Origin: Octopus bimaculoides
Lineage: Eukaryota
Direction: 5' to 3'
DNA length: 64,000 nucleotides
NCBI RefSeq assembly: GCF_001194135.2
Contig: NC_068982.1
Span: 41,912,329-41,976,328, forward strand
The translations under genes were made by a program, and so were the position numbers. Below the pieces are notes generated by a model, which made no database searches, had not been told where the DNA came from, and saw only the letters and a program-made list of their open reading frames with translations. This document shows, piece after piece, positions 48,932 through 62,045 of the stretch; the stretch's first letter is position 1; each line of letters opens with the position of its first letter.

Positions 48932-51900
48932 TAGATTTTCGTAATTGCGGACCTACCCTATCCTATTCTCGGGACAGATTGCCTCCACCACTTCTCACTG
49001 TTGGTGGATGCTCGCCAACAGCGTTTGTTGTATAGCTCAACGCAGTTATCAGTTCCTGGTTCAGTGTCCGCTCCTGTTGTAAGTCCGGTATCTTTTAGTG
49101 TTGTATCCGGTGATACATACCATTCTCTTCTCAACTCTTTCCCGAAACTTATTTCAACGTCACTGATCCTATACATTCAGCGAGACATTACATTGACACC
49201 AATGGTCCACTAGTGTTTGCTCGTGCTCGCTGTCTTCCTCTTGATAAACTCAAGGCTGCAAAAGTGGAATTCGGTCACATGCTCCAGCTGGGGCTTATTC
49301 GTCCTTCTACTAGCCTCTGGTCTTCCCCTCTCCATTTAGTCCCCAAAGGAAATACTGATTTCCGCCTAGTTGGGGATTATCGAAGATTAAATGCTATTAC
49401 GACTCCGGACAGATACCCTATTCCACACCTTCCACTTTCTTCTACTTTGCACGGTAGTACTGTTTTTTCTAAGGTCGATCTCGTCCGGGCGTATCGCCAG
49501 ATTCCTTTAAATCCACACGATATACCAAAGACTGCCGTTACAACTCCTTTTGATTCATTTGAATTCCTTTCAATGCCTTTTGGGTTACGAAATGCAGCTA
49601 GCGCCTTTCAAAGGTTTATAGACGAGGTCATTCGTGGTCTCGACTTCGTCTGTCTCTACATTGACGACTTACTCATCACCAGTTCTACGAAGGAAGAGCA
49701 TGTTCACCAACTAACGCTCCTTTTTCAACGTCTACGCGATTATCGAGTTAAAATCAACTCGGTGAAGTGTGTATTTGGTTCTGCATCGCTGGAATTTTTA
49801 GGCCACATTATCGATGGAATTCGTCTTCTCCCAGAGAAGGTACAGGCAATTCAGAAGCTTCTTCCTCCATCTTCTCTTAAGCAGCTTCGTCATTTCCTCG
49901 GTTTGGTCTATTCTTATCGTTGATTCATCCTAAATTGTGCTGAATAATTGAATTAACTTACATCATTACTGAATGATCGTAAGATGAAGAACGAAGTTAT
50001 CTCCCTTTCACTGTCCCTTGTTGCTGATTTTCAGACTGTCAAACAGGCCCTGGCTAACGTTTCAATGTTAGTTTACCCCAAATCCGATGCAAAGCTCTCG
50101 CTTGTGGTAGATGCATCGAATGCATCTGTGGGCGCAGTATTATAGCAAACTGGCCAGGAAATTCTGCAACCGCTGACATTTCCCGCCAGTTGAAGCCCAC
50201 AGAGACGCGCTATAGCACGTTTGGAAGAGAATTTCTCGCTATTCATCTTGCAGTGAAGCACTTTTGTCATTTCCTGGAAGGAAGGGAGTTTACAGTATTC
50301 ACAGACCACAAACCCCCTATCTTTGCTCTTTTTGCCAAGCCGGACAAGTATTCGCCAAGAGAAATCTGACATCTTGATTATGTATCGCAGTTTTCTAGTG
50401 ATATTCGGCATATCTCCGGTTCTCGTAATCTTGTTGCTGATGCTTTATCCCGCTTACCTGTCTACTGTCGTCTGCTTCTATGATAGATTTGATTGCCTTG
50501 GCAGCTGACCAATCACTACTATCGTCTTTGGACGTTATATCTGAGGAATTCGCAACATGCCATTTCAAGTATTTGCCATTATCAGCTTCAGACTGAGAGA
50601 TATTGTGTGATACATCTACTGGCTCATTCCGTCCGCTCGCACCAGTCTCATCGTCGCACCGTCTTCAACGCTCTGCATATCTTATCACACCTTGGTATAA
50701 CAGCTTCTGTGAAGCTTATTTCTGCTCGTTTTTTTCTTTTGGCCAGATATGAGACACTAAACCACCAAATGGGCACGCACATGCCTTCAGTGTCAACGTT
50801 CTAAGGTTCATCGCCATGTTCGTGCACCTCTTGGTTTCGTTTCAGTATCCAGACGCCCGCTTCCAACGTATACATAGCGATTTAGTTGGGCTTTGGCCAC
50901 CTAGCCGCGGGTTCACATCCATCATTACCTGATCGGTTTTCGCGTTGGCCTGAAGCCATCCCACTTGTCAACATTAGTGCTGAATCCGTGGCACAAGCCC
51001 TCATCTCAGGTTGGATTTCCCGTTTTGGTGTTCCGTTACGCATTACGACAGATCGTGGAAATTAGTTTGAATCACGGCTGTTCAACCAATCTTCTGCTAT
51101 CCTGGGAGTTTGCCATAGCTGTACGACTAGCTACCACCTAGCTTCGAACGATATAGTCGAACGCTTTCACAGACAATAAAAAGCATCTTTCCGCGCATAC
51201 CCTGATCCTCAAAGGTGGAGCGAGTACCTGTCTCTGGTTCTTTTAGGATTTGGGATTATCTTCTGCGGAATTACTATACGGATCGCCACTGTCTTTACCC
51301 GGCCAAATTCTAGTCCCTGTGGATATTTCAGCACAAGATTCAGCTACCTACGTTCATCGTCTGCAAACCTATTTCTCTGACCTTCCACCGATGTCTTCTA
51401 GACATCAGACTGTGCCTGCTGCTCTTCCAGCGAACATTGATAAATGGACCCACGTTTTCTCAGGGACATGTCACGATTACCAGGGCTGGGCGTCGGATAC
51501 ACTGGCCCCCAAAAATTGTGTAAGACTATATATACTGTACCCTGACTTTTACACATCTTGGCATTTTCCACGCGTTTTATTTAAACATTTTAGTACGTTT
51601 TGACTTTTTCCACATTTTTGATATTTGTTTACGTGGCACATGCTGTGTTTTCAAACTTTTGGAACTACTGTGTTAATTTTTACATGCCTTTCCTGATATT
51701 TTCACTCCCTCTGTTTTGTTCCCTAGGTTGGCCTTTTGCGACGACATACCTCTTTTTCGACTTACAGTCGCGTGGGGAGTAGTGTAGCAAGGACTGTAAG
51801 CGCTAAAATGAACAGGGCGGAGTTATGCTCCCTCATTCTGTCGTCGTTAGGTGACGTCGCGATGGCACTTCCGCTAGGGAGGCATAAAAACCCGCCGCTC

Positions 51901-52103
51901 TCGCTCGTTTCGCCTTTGGCCATTACCGTTACCGCATTATGTAGCAGGAGCATTTCTTACTCTCTTCTGTTTCAGCGTCAATCATATAAGATGTAACCAC
52001 GTTTGTACAACTTATTTATTGACATCCACTTTTGTATGAACACTGTTATAAAAACTTGTTGTTTATCTTTGACTCGATGTTGTTTGTCACACCAGTGCAT
52101 ACA
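48932..52103 (+). mobile_element. Decayed Gypsy/Ty3 LTR retrotransposon (CsRN1/Mag-like), 5'-truncated, with 3' LTR
   Basis: Protease tail FVIADLPYPILG; RT ORF 49213-49923 (WSSPLHLVPK, DYRRLN, MPFGLRNA, YIDD); RNase H (VDAS, FTDHKPL); integrase ([18 protein letters not shown]) with stops and frameshifts; C-terminal TRAGRRIHWPPK at ~51475-51520. Confidence 0.95.
51783..52103 (+). repeat. Putative Gypsy 3' LTR (TGTA...TACA, 321 bp) preceded by a polypurine tract
   Basis: PPT GGGGAGTAG at 51774-51782 directly followed by TGTAGC. The end at ATACA 52103 is inferred from the terminal inverted TGTA/TACA only. Confidence 0.6.
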
Positions 52104-53229
52104 CTTTAACACAAACAAGAACACAGGGTTCATGTTTACTCTTCACTAAAAGGTCACAGGAATAATGTGACGAATATTTCTAGGAAAAGAAAAAATATGA
52201 CTGAAAACAGTTATATTCAGAAGCAGAGATTGGGAAAACACGCCTCCTTGTCCTGGTTCATCTCGTGACTCTGAGATAAGGCAATGACATACCCATGACT
52301 ACATGGAAAATACTTAACATGGCTACCCCTTATTCACTTGGAACCCGTAATTGCCAATTCATGTTCTGTAAGAAGCTGATAGTAGCTTTGTTAATTAACT
52401 TCAAACTACTGGCTGCTAATACCATAGAAAGACCGATCATCTTAACCTTATTTTCCCCATATGCAAATTCAGAGTAGCAACTTTTGCTTACTCATAGTGA
52501 GATTAATCCTCTTGTACCAATCATCAATACTGAATACCATGTTTATACTCAGCAACGAAAACAACCACACAGCACACAAACATTTAATGTCACCACGAGG
52601 AACAGAGGCAGTAGGCATATACCTCAATTTGTTGTTACTGATCTCTCAACTATTATATATATATAATGATATGTAATTGTAAGATCCAAGGATCTAGGTG
52701 TAGGAAGTTAGTAAGCTTCGAGCAGTCCGTGGTAGGTATAAAGAACAACTTTCAGGAACAATAATAGTTTATTGGTGTAAAAAGTTTGTAGGCTTTTCTC
52801 AAACCGCATTTCGATAAACTGAAAAAAGTGTTTTTTTTTTATAGTTCACGGTTAGCATCTAGGGTTGCTATGAATGCGAATAAAAATCCAAATTAAGGGA
52901 ATGAAGCAGGTAAAATCCAGGCTACATATGTCTCCATGCTAGCAGATACTCGGAAATAACAATTACTCAACGAGGGATACTCCACTAGCTACTCATCAGA
53001 CCGAAGATTCCTTAGTTAAATGATGGTTACATTGTCGTTAAGGAATTCGAATTTGAATATGTGTACATATGAAAAATAGAAGTTGAAAATGCACTGAGAA
53101 TAGTTAAAATGTTCTTTATTGATATATTTGACAGTTTCACAGTTTACATTGATTTTCAAAAAGTTCGAATAGAAAGACGTGGCTTATGTTGCAGCTGTCT
53201 TGCTTTTGACTAGTGTTTGAAGTTTGCCC

Positions 53230-55690
53230 TGTTTTTTTTTATAAGGCAAACACTACAAAGGAGATAAACTACCTATGTTACAAGATATGACCCACTACGA
53301 ACAGGTAAATAATTACCAAAAATCAAAGACAATGGCTAAACTGAACACACTCATTCACAGACATCAAAAAAGTTTAACAAACAAAGAATGTGACTACCTA
53401 ACCCATTTTCCATTTTGATTGCAAGACTAGCTACTTTTACGGTCTCTCAAAAATCCATAAGAATCAAACTATTAAGAATGCATGTAAAGAACCCACTTCA
53501 AGTTGCATAAACATACAATATCCCACCAACCTTAAATTTAGACCAATCGTAGCAGGCCCGAACTGTGAAACACACAGACCGAGTAACTTTTTGGATATAT
53601 TACTGAAACCTATTTTAAAATACATACCAAGTTTTGTGAGGGACGACCTGAACCCCCAAATTCCATAAACAATGATACCACTATTGTATCTTTAGATGTG
53701 GTAAACCTATATACCACAATCCCACACTATTATGGACTAGAAGCAATACATTTCTGGCTTGAGAAATTCCGGACAGAATTCAAAGGAGTTCCATCACTGA
53801 AGGATTAAAGTTTATCCTCGAAAACAACTTTTTTGACTTCGATGGCAATATTTACAAACAAATATCTGGGACTGCAATGGGTACAAAAGTTGCTCCGACG
53901 TACGCCAATCTAGTCCTGGCATACATGGTGGTCCAAATATATGGAGAATCTAAATCAATGGCTTGAACTACCACAAATATCTACTAGAAAACTGGAAACA
54001 TTACTTAGATGACTGCCTAATCCTATAGACGTTTACATTTGAACAACTTATAGATTTCAAAAATCTAATCAACAGCATAAACAATAATATCAACTTTTCC
54101 ATAGAATTCAGTAAAACTCAACTACCATTCCTGGATATACTAATCCTCAAAAGAGATAAAATCATTGAAGCAGATATTCACTAGAAAGAAACATATTCTA
54201 AACGATACTTACTATTCTTCTCATGACATCCCTAACACACGAAAAATAATATCCTTTTTAATATAGCAAGAAGAATCTGCACAATTGTCTCAAACCCCGA
54301 AACTCGCAATAAAAAACTCCAGGAACTAAAACAAGTACTACTTAAAAGACATTATCCATTAATTCTAATAGACAACGGAATAGAACGTGCCAAAGCAATA
54401 AATATCGAAGAATTTAGCTCCAGATACATCCAATAATCTACCTTTTATTACAACACACAACCCAAGAAACACAGAGGTTTACGATATTATCCACCAGAAC
54501 ATCTCACTACTAAAACAAGACCCAAGAATGAAACAAGCATTCGAAATACACAAAATAATCAAAAGTAAAAGACAAAGTCCCTCAAAAAATTCCTCACAAG
54601 AGCTAAATTACCTTCCACAATTTCTATACCAAAAGTAAAAAAATGTTGCCGCCCCAATTGCGGGACCTGCATCAACTTTATTGAAGACAAACTAATTAAC
54701 TTCAAATCAGGACAGACTTCTGCCATAAAAAATCACTTTACACGTCCTTCAAGGAATTTAATATACGCTATCAAATGTCAAGGATGTAATGAAGATTACA
54801 TAGATCAAACAAATCTTACCTTAAGAAATAGACTAACCATTCGCCGACAACAAATACGAGACCCCAGTACTAGACAGATTCCACTGCGTGGTCACATAAA
54901 CATATGTGCAAAAACTAAATCCCCCAAATTCCAGATCTTCCCACCCTACCTATGTTCAGCGAATATCACAGATGAAACACAGATAAACAAAGAAAATACT
55001 TTCATACAAAAGTACAAACCAAGACTTAACAAACTTCAAGAGAGTACATACACAAATTCCCACGCAAAATTGATTGTCACTTATCACGAGGAAGCTATAC
55101 AGCTAACCTAAATCTTAACCATTGGAATACATACACGCAACTCCTGCCTACTCCCCCACTAGACAGATTAAATTTGGAGTGCCTTGATTATGACTAAACA
55201 TGTTTACTCAACTGTGTCGGCCAGGCGCAAAATATACTGTCACGTGACACTAACGCATGGACGTAGTGGGAAACGTACAAAAGATTATAAACTTAATCAT
55301 GTGTTCATTCTCTACAAACACTTGACAGAAAACATTCAGAGCATTTATTGTTTAGACTTGTTCAGTCAACTCTGTCAGGCTTAACTTACGACGCCAAACT
55401 GTGTCGCTTGATACTGACACACGGACGTAGCAAAGAACCTAAAAAATTTCTAAGATCAGTCATTTGACTATGCTTTACCAATCAAACCCTATTCAAAACA
55501 TATACTAATTTGAGCCATGAACTCCCTATAAAAACAGGGTAAACTTCAAACACTAGTCAGAAGCAAGACAGCTGCGACATAAGAAACGTCTTTCTTTTTG
55601 AACTTTTTGAAAATCAGTGTAAATTGTGAAACCGGTTAAAGGTACAAATATAATAAAAAATATTAAAACTATTCTCTGTGTCTTTTCAGC
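53230..55690 (+). mobile_element. Decayed Penelope-like retroelement (RT + GIY-YIG endonuclease, 3' terminal region)
   Basis: FYG(L)SKIHK, LKFRPIVAGP, DVVNLYT.IPH, QISGTAMGTKVAPTYANL (~53860-53910), YLDD (54002-54013) and IYAIKCQGCNEDYIDQT (54761-54812). Many frameshifts and stops; degenerate hammerhead at 55603-55641. Confidence 0.92.
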
Positions 55691-55723
55691 TTCTATTTTT
55701 TCCTATATTTCTACCCGTGTGGA

Positions 55724-55775
<52 letters not shown>

Positions 55776-58700
55776 GTATGTATGTATATCGTCAGTGGAT
55801 CATATATCCGAAAAACAAGCACACTCCAAAGTATAGAGCAGTAATATATTTACATGCAGTTAGATATATGTCCGGTCGTAGAGTGACCAACAGTTTCGCA
55901 TTCATAAAGCGCTTAGCATTGTGGACGACTAGTCAGATTCTAATGCCGTAGGGCATATAATCTCTCTTCAAACCGGAAGTAGAAAACCGTTACGGTAAGT
56001 TAGTTTGTAAACAAAGAATAAATTACCATTGGAGGTTTAACCAGGACGAGTTATCTCCCTTAGACCAGTTGAGCAGGTGACGCTAGACTCCGTTCTGCCA
56101 CTTGGAGCAACAACCACAAAGATCTGTTACCGTTGACCTGCCAACTCCATGTGACCTGAATGGAGGAGTGAAGGCAGGCAAATATTCTTTCTCGGAAAGT
56201 AATTTCTTTCATCGTCTCTTTCTTGCGGCATCTGATAACTCAGATGTACATCCATGAAACTTTAAGTAATGCTTGAGAAAGTCAGTCTGTTAATACATAT
56301 ATCTATCTTTCACAATGAGTGGTGAGCGCTTTTTTCGTTCATTTGTACACTTACCTGCTTGTGTGTATGTATGTATGTAAACACACACATATATATATAT
56401 ATATATATACATACATACNNNNNNNNNNNNNNNNNNNNNNNNNNNNNNNNNNNTTAGGTATATCTTTTTTTTTATTTAATCACTTGAAGAAATGTAGCAA
56501 ATCCATTACATATAACTTGCTTTCTTTTTTATTGGTATCAACTATTGAGTAAAGGTCTATAATTCTAACAGATATTTGTTCAAAATATCCGGTATAATTC
56601 TAAAAGACCACAATCAGTTGTGTAGCGTAAAATCTCCGCTGTCAACCGCATATCTAATCATGGTATTAGTTAAATTAAAAATAATGAAGCATTCCTACAT
56701 ATTCACAGTTTTTGGTTATGGAATGGTACATCGTCTAAAAACAAAAAGAAGCTATTTGTAGATGTGATGTCGAGTATTTTTTCCGTTCATTTCCTTTAGT
56801 TATCAGAAAGTGTAAAAAAAAAGAGGTACTCTTATGTAATTTTATGTCAAGGCTATCTTTAATTATATTCTTCCGAGGTCGATAAAATGGATCTTTGTGA
56901 TTTGACGGGCAACACTTGTTTTCTTAACGAAACACTTTCAAACTTGGGACACTGGTAGAATGTGTCATATAAAACAACTTCTTCTCTTAACATTCTTAAC
57001 AAAAAATTGTACATCGCAAGTTCTTTCATGTTAAAGTTGTCGTATTTCTGTAATTTCAACCAATCACTGACGTCTATTCAGCTGAATACAGTTAGTGCTG
57101 TTCGGTGTCAAGTGTGTTATTCCCTGTTTAATTATATCATTATTCCCTAGTAAGGTTCTAGGGTTAGGGTTCGGGTTTNNNNNNNNNNNNNNNNNNNNNN
57201 NNNNNNNNNNNNNNNNNNNNNNNNNNNNNNNNNNNNNNNNNNNNNNNNNNNNNNNNNNNNNNNNNNNNNNNNNNNNNNNNNNNNNNNNNNNNNNNNNNNN
57301 NNNNNNNNNNNNNNNNNNNNNNNNNNNNNNNNNNNNNNNNNNNNNNNNNNNNNNNNNNNNNNNNNNNNNNNNNNNNNNNNNNNNNNNNNNNNNNNNNNNN
57401 NNNNNNNNNNNNNNNNNNNNNNNNNNNNNNNNNNNNNNNNNNNNNNNNNNNNNNNNNNNNNNNNNNNNNNNNNNNNNNNNNNNNNNNNNNNNNNNNNNNN
57501 NNNNNNNNNNNNNNNNNNNNNNNNNNNNNNNNNNNNNNACAGTAACAAACGAAATATATACCGCTGATAGTTGTTGTTAACAACGGATAGTTTTTGTTGA
57601 CAAACAACGGCACTAATTTTATTCAAGGGAAAAAATCCCGTAACACCGTTGTTTACATTCCCCGGCGTAATTGTTTTCACCTCAATAGACGTCAGTGATT
57701 GGTTGAAATTACCGAAATACGACAATTTTTTACATGAAATAACTTAGAATACAAAATTTTTTATCTGTTGTATACCACAAAATATACAAGTATTCGAAGT
57801 TTGAAATTGTTTCGGTACCAAAAACACTACATAAAAAAATGTTGCCCGTCAAATTACAAAGATCCGATAAAATAAATTCAAGTGAAGTATTAATGTCGAT
57901 ATCATCGAATTTTTTTTCTTTCTTCAAATTGTGCTCATGGATGACATCAATTTATATTATCTCAAACTGACAAACGCCAATGAACAATCGCTTCACGCTC
58001 AATATTGACGTAAATTGTCCTTAGGTTAATATATCAATATCCCTCTCCTTTTTACTTCACCCCTAAACTATAAGTATTTTGTGCCTTATTAAAATGAAAT
58101 CATTATTATTTATCTCTATAGGGCAGTGAGCTAACAGACTCGTCAGCACGCTGGACAATATACTCATCGGCATTTCCTTTGGCTTTACGTTCTGAGTCCA
58201 GTAACGGTCGAAGTCGACTTAATATTTTATTCTCTAGGGGTCAATAAAATAAGTATCAGTTGAACACTGATGTCGATGTAACCGACTTACCTAACCCTTT
58301 CGTCAGAATTTGAAAGTATCATAATTTATGTCTGAAGGGCAACACGCTGGGTAAAATGCTCCATGACATGTCTTCCAGTTTTACTTTCTGAGTTCAATTA
58401 CCGTCAAGATCGGCTTTGCATTTTATCCTTTCGGGGTCGATAAAATGAGTACCAGTTGAACATTGAGGGGAGGGGGGTCGATGTAAATGTCTAACTCCTT
58501 TCCACTAAAATTCCTGGTCTATATTAGAAAAAAAAATATCAATTATCTCTGTTGCCCGGTTAATGCTTTAATAGAAATAAGAAAACCCTTGCGAGATGGT
58601 GGCTGAGCTTAGATTTTCAATCGTAGTCATTACACTTACTCCGAGGGTCTCTTAAAGAAAATGCTTTTAAAGCCTAACATTATATTTACTGTTTCTTGAA

Positions 58701-59722
58701 AAGAAATCCATATATAGTTAGTATCTGTTTAAGATTATCGAAGCATTCCCAAACCCTGTACTTTCACGTCTTTATTTGATTTATGATTCTTTTATTTGGG
58801 TTCAAATCACTAGTTTCTGATATCACCAAAGTGAGAGACAAATTAAACTGGTGATTCAACTTTCAGACGGTGATGGGATCAGTTAACTGTTTTAATCTTC
58901 CGGTTACTTGTCTGAAACTTAAGTCATGAGCATTAATCCTTTTACAATGGGAATCAAATATAGCCGCACAAAATTTCATTATCCTTAACTGCAGAAAGCA
59001 GTTTTATATACCAATCTATCTTTTGCTGATTAATGTCATGTTTGAAACTATTTTTGTTTTGTCGAGATGTGTCAGATTTATTGAGACACCGTAACTTGCA
59101 GCAAATACCAATTCAATTTTTTAGTAGACATTACTGGAATAACCATGAAATTTAATTTCGTATTTAAAGGGTTAACAGCGTCTCAACCTAGTTATGCTTA
59201 GTAATCTTTCTCATGTAATTTAAGGCTCAACATAAATATACATCGAACAGTAATGTTTATTGAAAGAAAGGAGAATGGAAAACAAAAAAGGTAATGTAGA
59301 AAAGGCCGTTTTCAAATTAGGTCTAACATTTATTCAGAATTATTTCCTCTTTCAATTAATGTCAATTTATTTGATCTTTCTTAAATGATTTTATTACAGT
59401 ATATTCTTTAATAATTTTCATAAGTTAAATTATTTATAATCTGAAGTTATATTTGAAGATGTTTTGTACATTAAACAAAGAAATAAAAATATTTTTATTT
59501 GAAAAATTTTCAATTCCAAATAGTAAAACAGTTAAAAAATGTTTTATATTTTCTGTCTTTGAATTCAAATTGTTTTTGTTCGACTGAAAATTCTGGTAGA
59601 GCAGAAAGAGTTTCAACTGTTATTTGAAAACGGCCCCATTCTGCAATGTAAAAAACAAAACAAAACAAAAATACTATAAACAACGACATTGTCAAGGATT
59701 CCTACGTATATCAACTGATTCC

Positions 59723-59964
59723 TTAACTCGACTTGAACATGTCACACAAGAGTCGCTCGATCGGTATGTTACCGATCATCCTACGAAAGAATAACTCTTC
59801 TAAGGAACGTGGGTTTATCATTCTTATACTGGGGAGCAGCAGTAATAATTTGCCAAAGCGAGGTTGCATGGAAGAATGATGTCTTGAAGTGTAGTCACTT
59901 AACATTAACTGAGCTTGGTCTTGGAGACGGTCAACTTGTTTTGAATCTCGTAGTCCACGAACCT
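59723..59964 (-). CDS. NR2E3: NR2E-family nuclear receptor (PNR/NR2E3-like), terminal LBD exon (EVRGLRDSKQVDRLQDQAQLML...RFGKLLLLLPSIR...LFFRRMIGNIPIERLLCDMFKSS*)
   Basis: Acceptor tttatatctttcgcag|AG, phase 1; helices 9-12 with RFGKLLLLLP and AF-2 LLCDMFK, closest from memory to PNR (ETRGLKD...LLCDMFKN). The family is secure; the paralogue assignment is tentative. Confidence 0.9.
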
Positions 59965-60081
59965 CTGCGAAAGATATAAAAAAAAATGTCAGCATTACAT
60001 CGTTTGAAGATACCGATTTTCTTTTAGATTTGTCCGCCCATCCATTTACTCATCCATCAATCTATCCATGACGCACGCACG

Positions 60082-60156
<75 letters not shown>

Positions 60157-60157
<1 letters not shown>

Positions 60158-60318
60158 AGTAGAGTAGTTGGGGTGGAAGAGGTTCGCCTCATGCGACGTT
60201 TTTATGGGGTCGGCCATTTGGGGTTTTCTATATAAGCCTGTATAAGCTTGAGGGCCTGAAGACAGGGCGGCAAATACAAGGAACGCCCCAGGCGGAGCAC
60301 ACTCTAGCTACTCTACTG
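60157..60318. mobile_element. 162-bp MITE with 11-bp perfect TIR inserted in a (CA)n tract (NR2E last intron)
   Basis: CAGTAGAGTAG (60157-60167) / CTACTCTACTG (60308-60318); ACACACAC on both sides. Confidence 0.7.
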
Positions 60319-60504
60319 ACACACACGCTTGGCTGCAACAGAATTTGAGAGTCTATTAACCAATTTGAGTTTGAGTGTTCTTGCGTTCTAACTACTCGTC
60401 TAACAACTGAGGGAAAAGTAATATATTTTCCGTCAGATATCTGACGGGAGGGATTTCTTTTACATTCAGCTCATTCAGTAACCACCGTCGGAATAAGGAA
60501 GAGG

Positions 60505-60555
<51 letters not shown>

Positions 60556-61874
60556 TATTATTATTATCATTACTATTATTATTATTATCATTATTATTTT
60601 CAATTACCAATTTCGACGGAATGAGCATTATAGAAAATGCAATTCACTATTTATGTACTGTCAATTTTCGAATGTTAGTGTCGAAAAACCACTATATATG
60701 CTTGAGTGGAGCTTACTCGAGTAAAATCACACACTCGATGAAGTCATTTACTGGGTCACANNNNNNNNNNNNNNNNNNNNNNNNNNNNNNNNNNNNNNNN
60801 NNNNNNNNNNNNNNNNNNNNNNNNNNNNNNNNNNNNNNNNNNNNNNNNNNNNNNNNNNNNNNNNNNNNNNNNNNNNNNNNNNNNNNNNNNNNNNNNNNNN
60901 AAAATTTTTTTTTGTCTTTGGTTAGTAAGTGTTATTTGCTATTTGCTTCTATCTAGAAATAAAAGCTAATGACTATTATTCTCTTCAAACTTTGCTTTTG
61001 TGACCTGGACCTCAATGTTTTGAAACTAACCTATTTTCCCATTATATTTCAGACTTATTCAGCGTTGAGTTACTGAAGCAGAAATATCGTTATAGCAAAT
61101 ATTCTGCTCAATACCACAGATTTGCTTGTCAGTCGCTTGACCTTAACCACTTGAGCATGTCCTTTAGTGTCTGACAATATGTACACGGAATAGTGGGGGA
61201 GCATCATAGCCTTATGTTGAGAGGAATTCTTTGGAATTTGAATAAATGTAAGAAAAGAAAAGTTTGAAGGAAATAGCCATTTTTCATTCTTTCAAGGGGT
61301 AAGCGAATAGGAAATAACAGTTGCTACCCAAGAACAAAAATCATGTTACACCGTGTTATTGGCACTCAGTGTTTAAGCCAGCACAGATTACCGCAGTATG
61401 CAATAGGAGCAGTGACACAATATAATTGATGATCGTCTCATTATATTACAATGCTGAGATCAAATATATACTGTCCGCCTGAAAAAAGCAACGAGTTAAA
61501 CCTCAAATAAATCTATGAATTACTATACGAAAGGTAAATGTGTTCAGTGGTGCTTCTGATGATTCACGGAATATATGGACCTTATGTTTAACCATTAAGC
61601 TCGTGGCCTTGTGGTTAGGGTGTTGGACTCACGATCTCGAGATCGTGGTTTCGATTCTCAGACCGGTGGTGCGTTGTGTTTCTGTGCAAAACACTTTATT
61701 TCACATTGCTCCAGTCCACTCAGCTGCAAAATCGCATTTTGTTCAGGGTGAATATTGGTCTGTCCGCTTAGCCAGCTGAATGGCATCACTCGAAAGCTAC
61801 AACAATGCGAGAAAGTTCATTGTGACCAGCGGTGTATAAGAAGATCTGATAGTCTGGTCGAAAGAGCGACTTAC

Positions 61875-62045
61875 CTGGACGGAAAAGAGTTATTGCTTTA
61901 AGACATGCGTATTCCGTTGCATCAACATGTAATTCGTTACAGCGATTGATTATATCTTGAAGCAGTCGGAGCTGCGTCATCATGAAAGCTGTCTTCTCTG
62001 CATGCTGCGTGTCCAAGCTCCAACCATTAGCTGTTAATAATGAGG
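61875..62045 (-). CDS. NR2E3: NR2E-family nuclear receptor, penultimate LBD exon (SLLTANGWSLDTQHAEKTAFMMTQLRLLQDIINRCNELHVDATEYACLKAITLFRP)
   Basis: tcttttttattgtag|CC...CCAG|gtaagt; 171 nt, phase 1/1, joins in frame to 59964; carries the VD.TEYACLKAI.LF.P NR2 signature. Upstream exons are not found before the window end. Confidence 0.92.

Noticed and set aside
51469-52024. Solo LTR bounded by TGTCA...TGACA
   Set aside because: No TSD. The left part encodes the Gypsy integrase C-terminus, and the real LTR starts after the PPT at 51783.
52991-52999. Additional hammerhead (CTGATGAGT on the minus strand)
   Set aside because: No stem II followed by GAAA could be found downstream.
57154-57178. 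Chromosome end or true telomere
   Set aside because: Only a few degenerate GGGTTA units, with ordinary sequence continuing after the gap.
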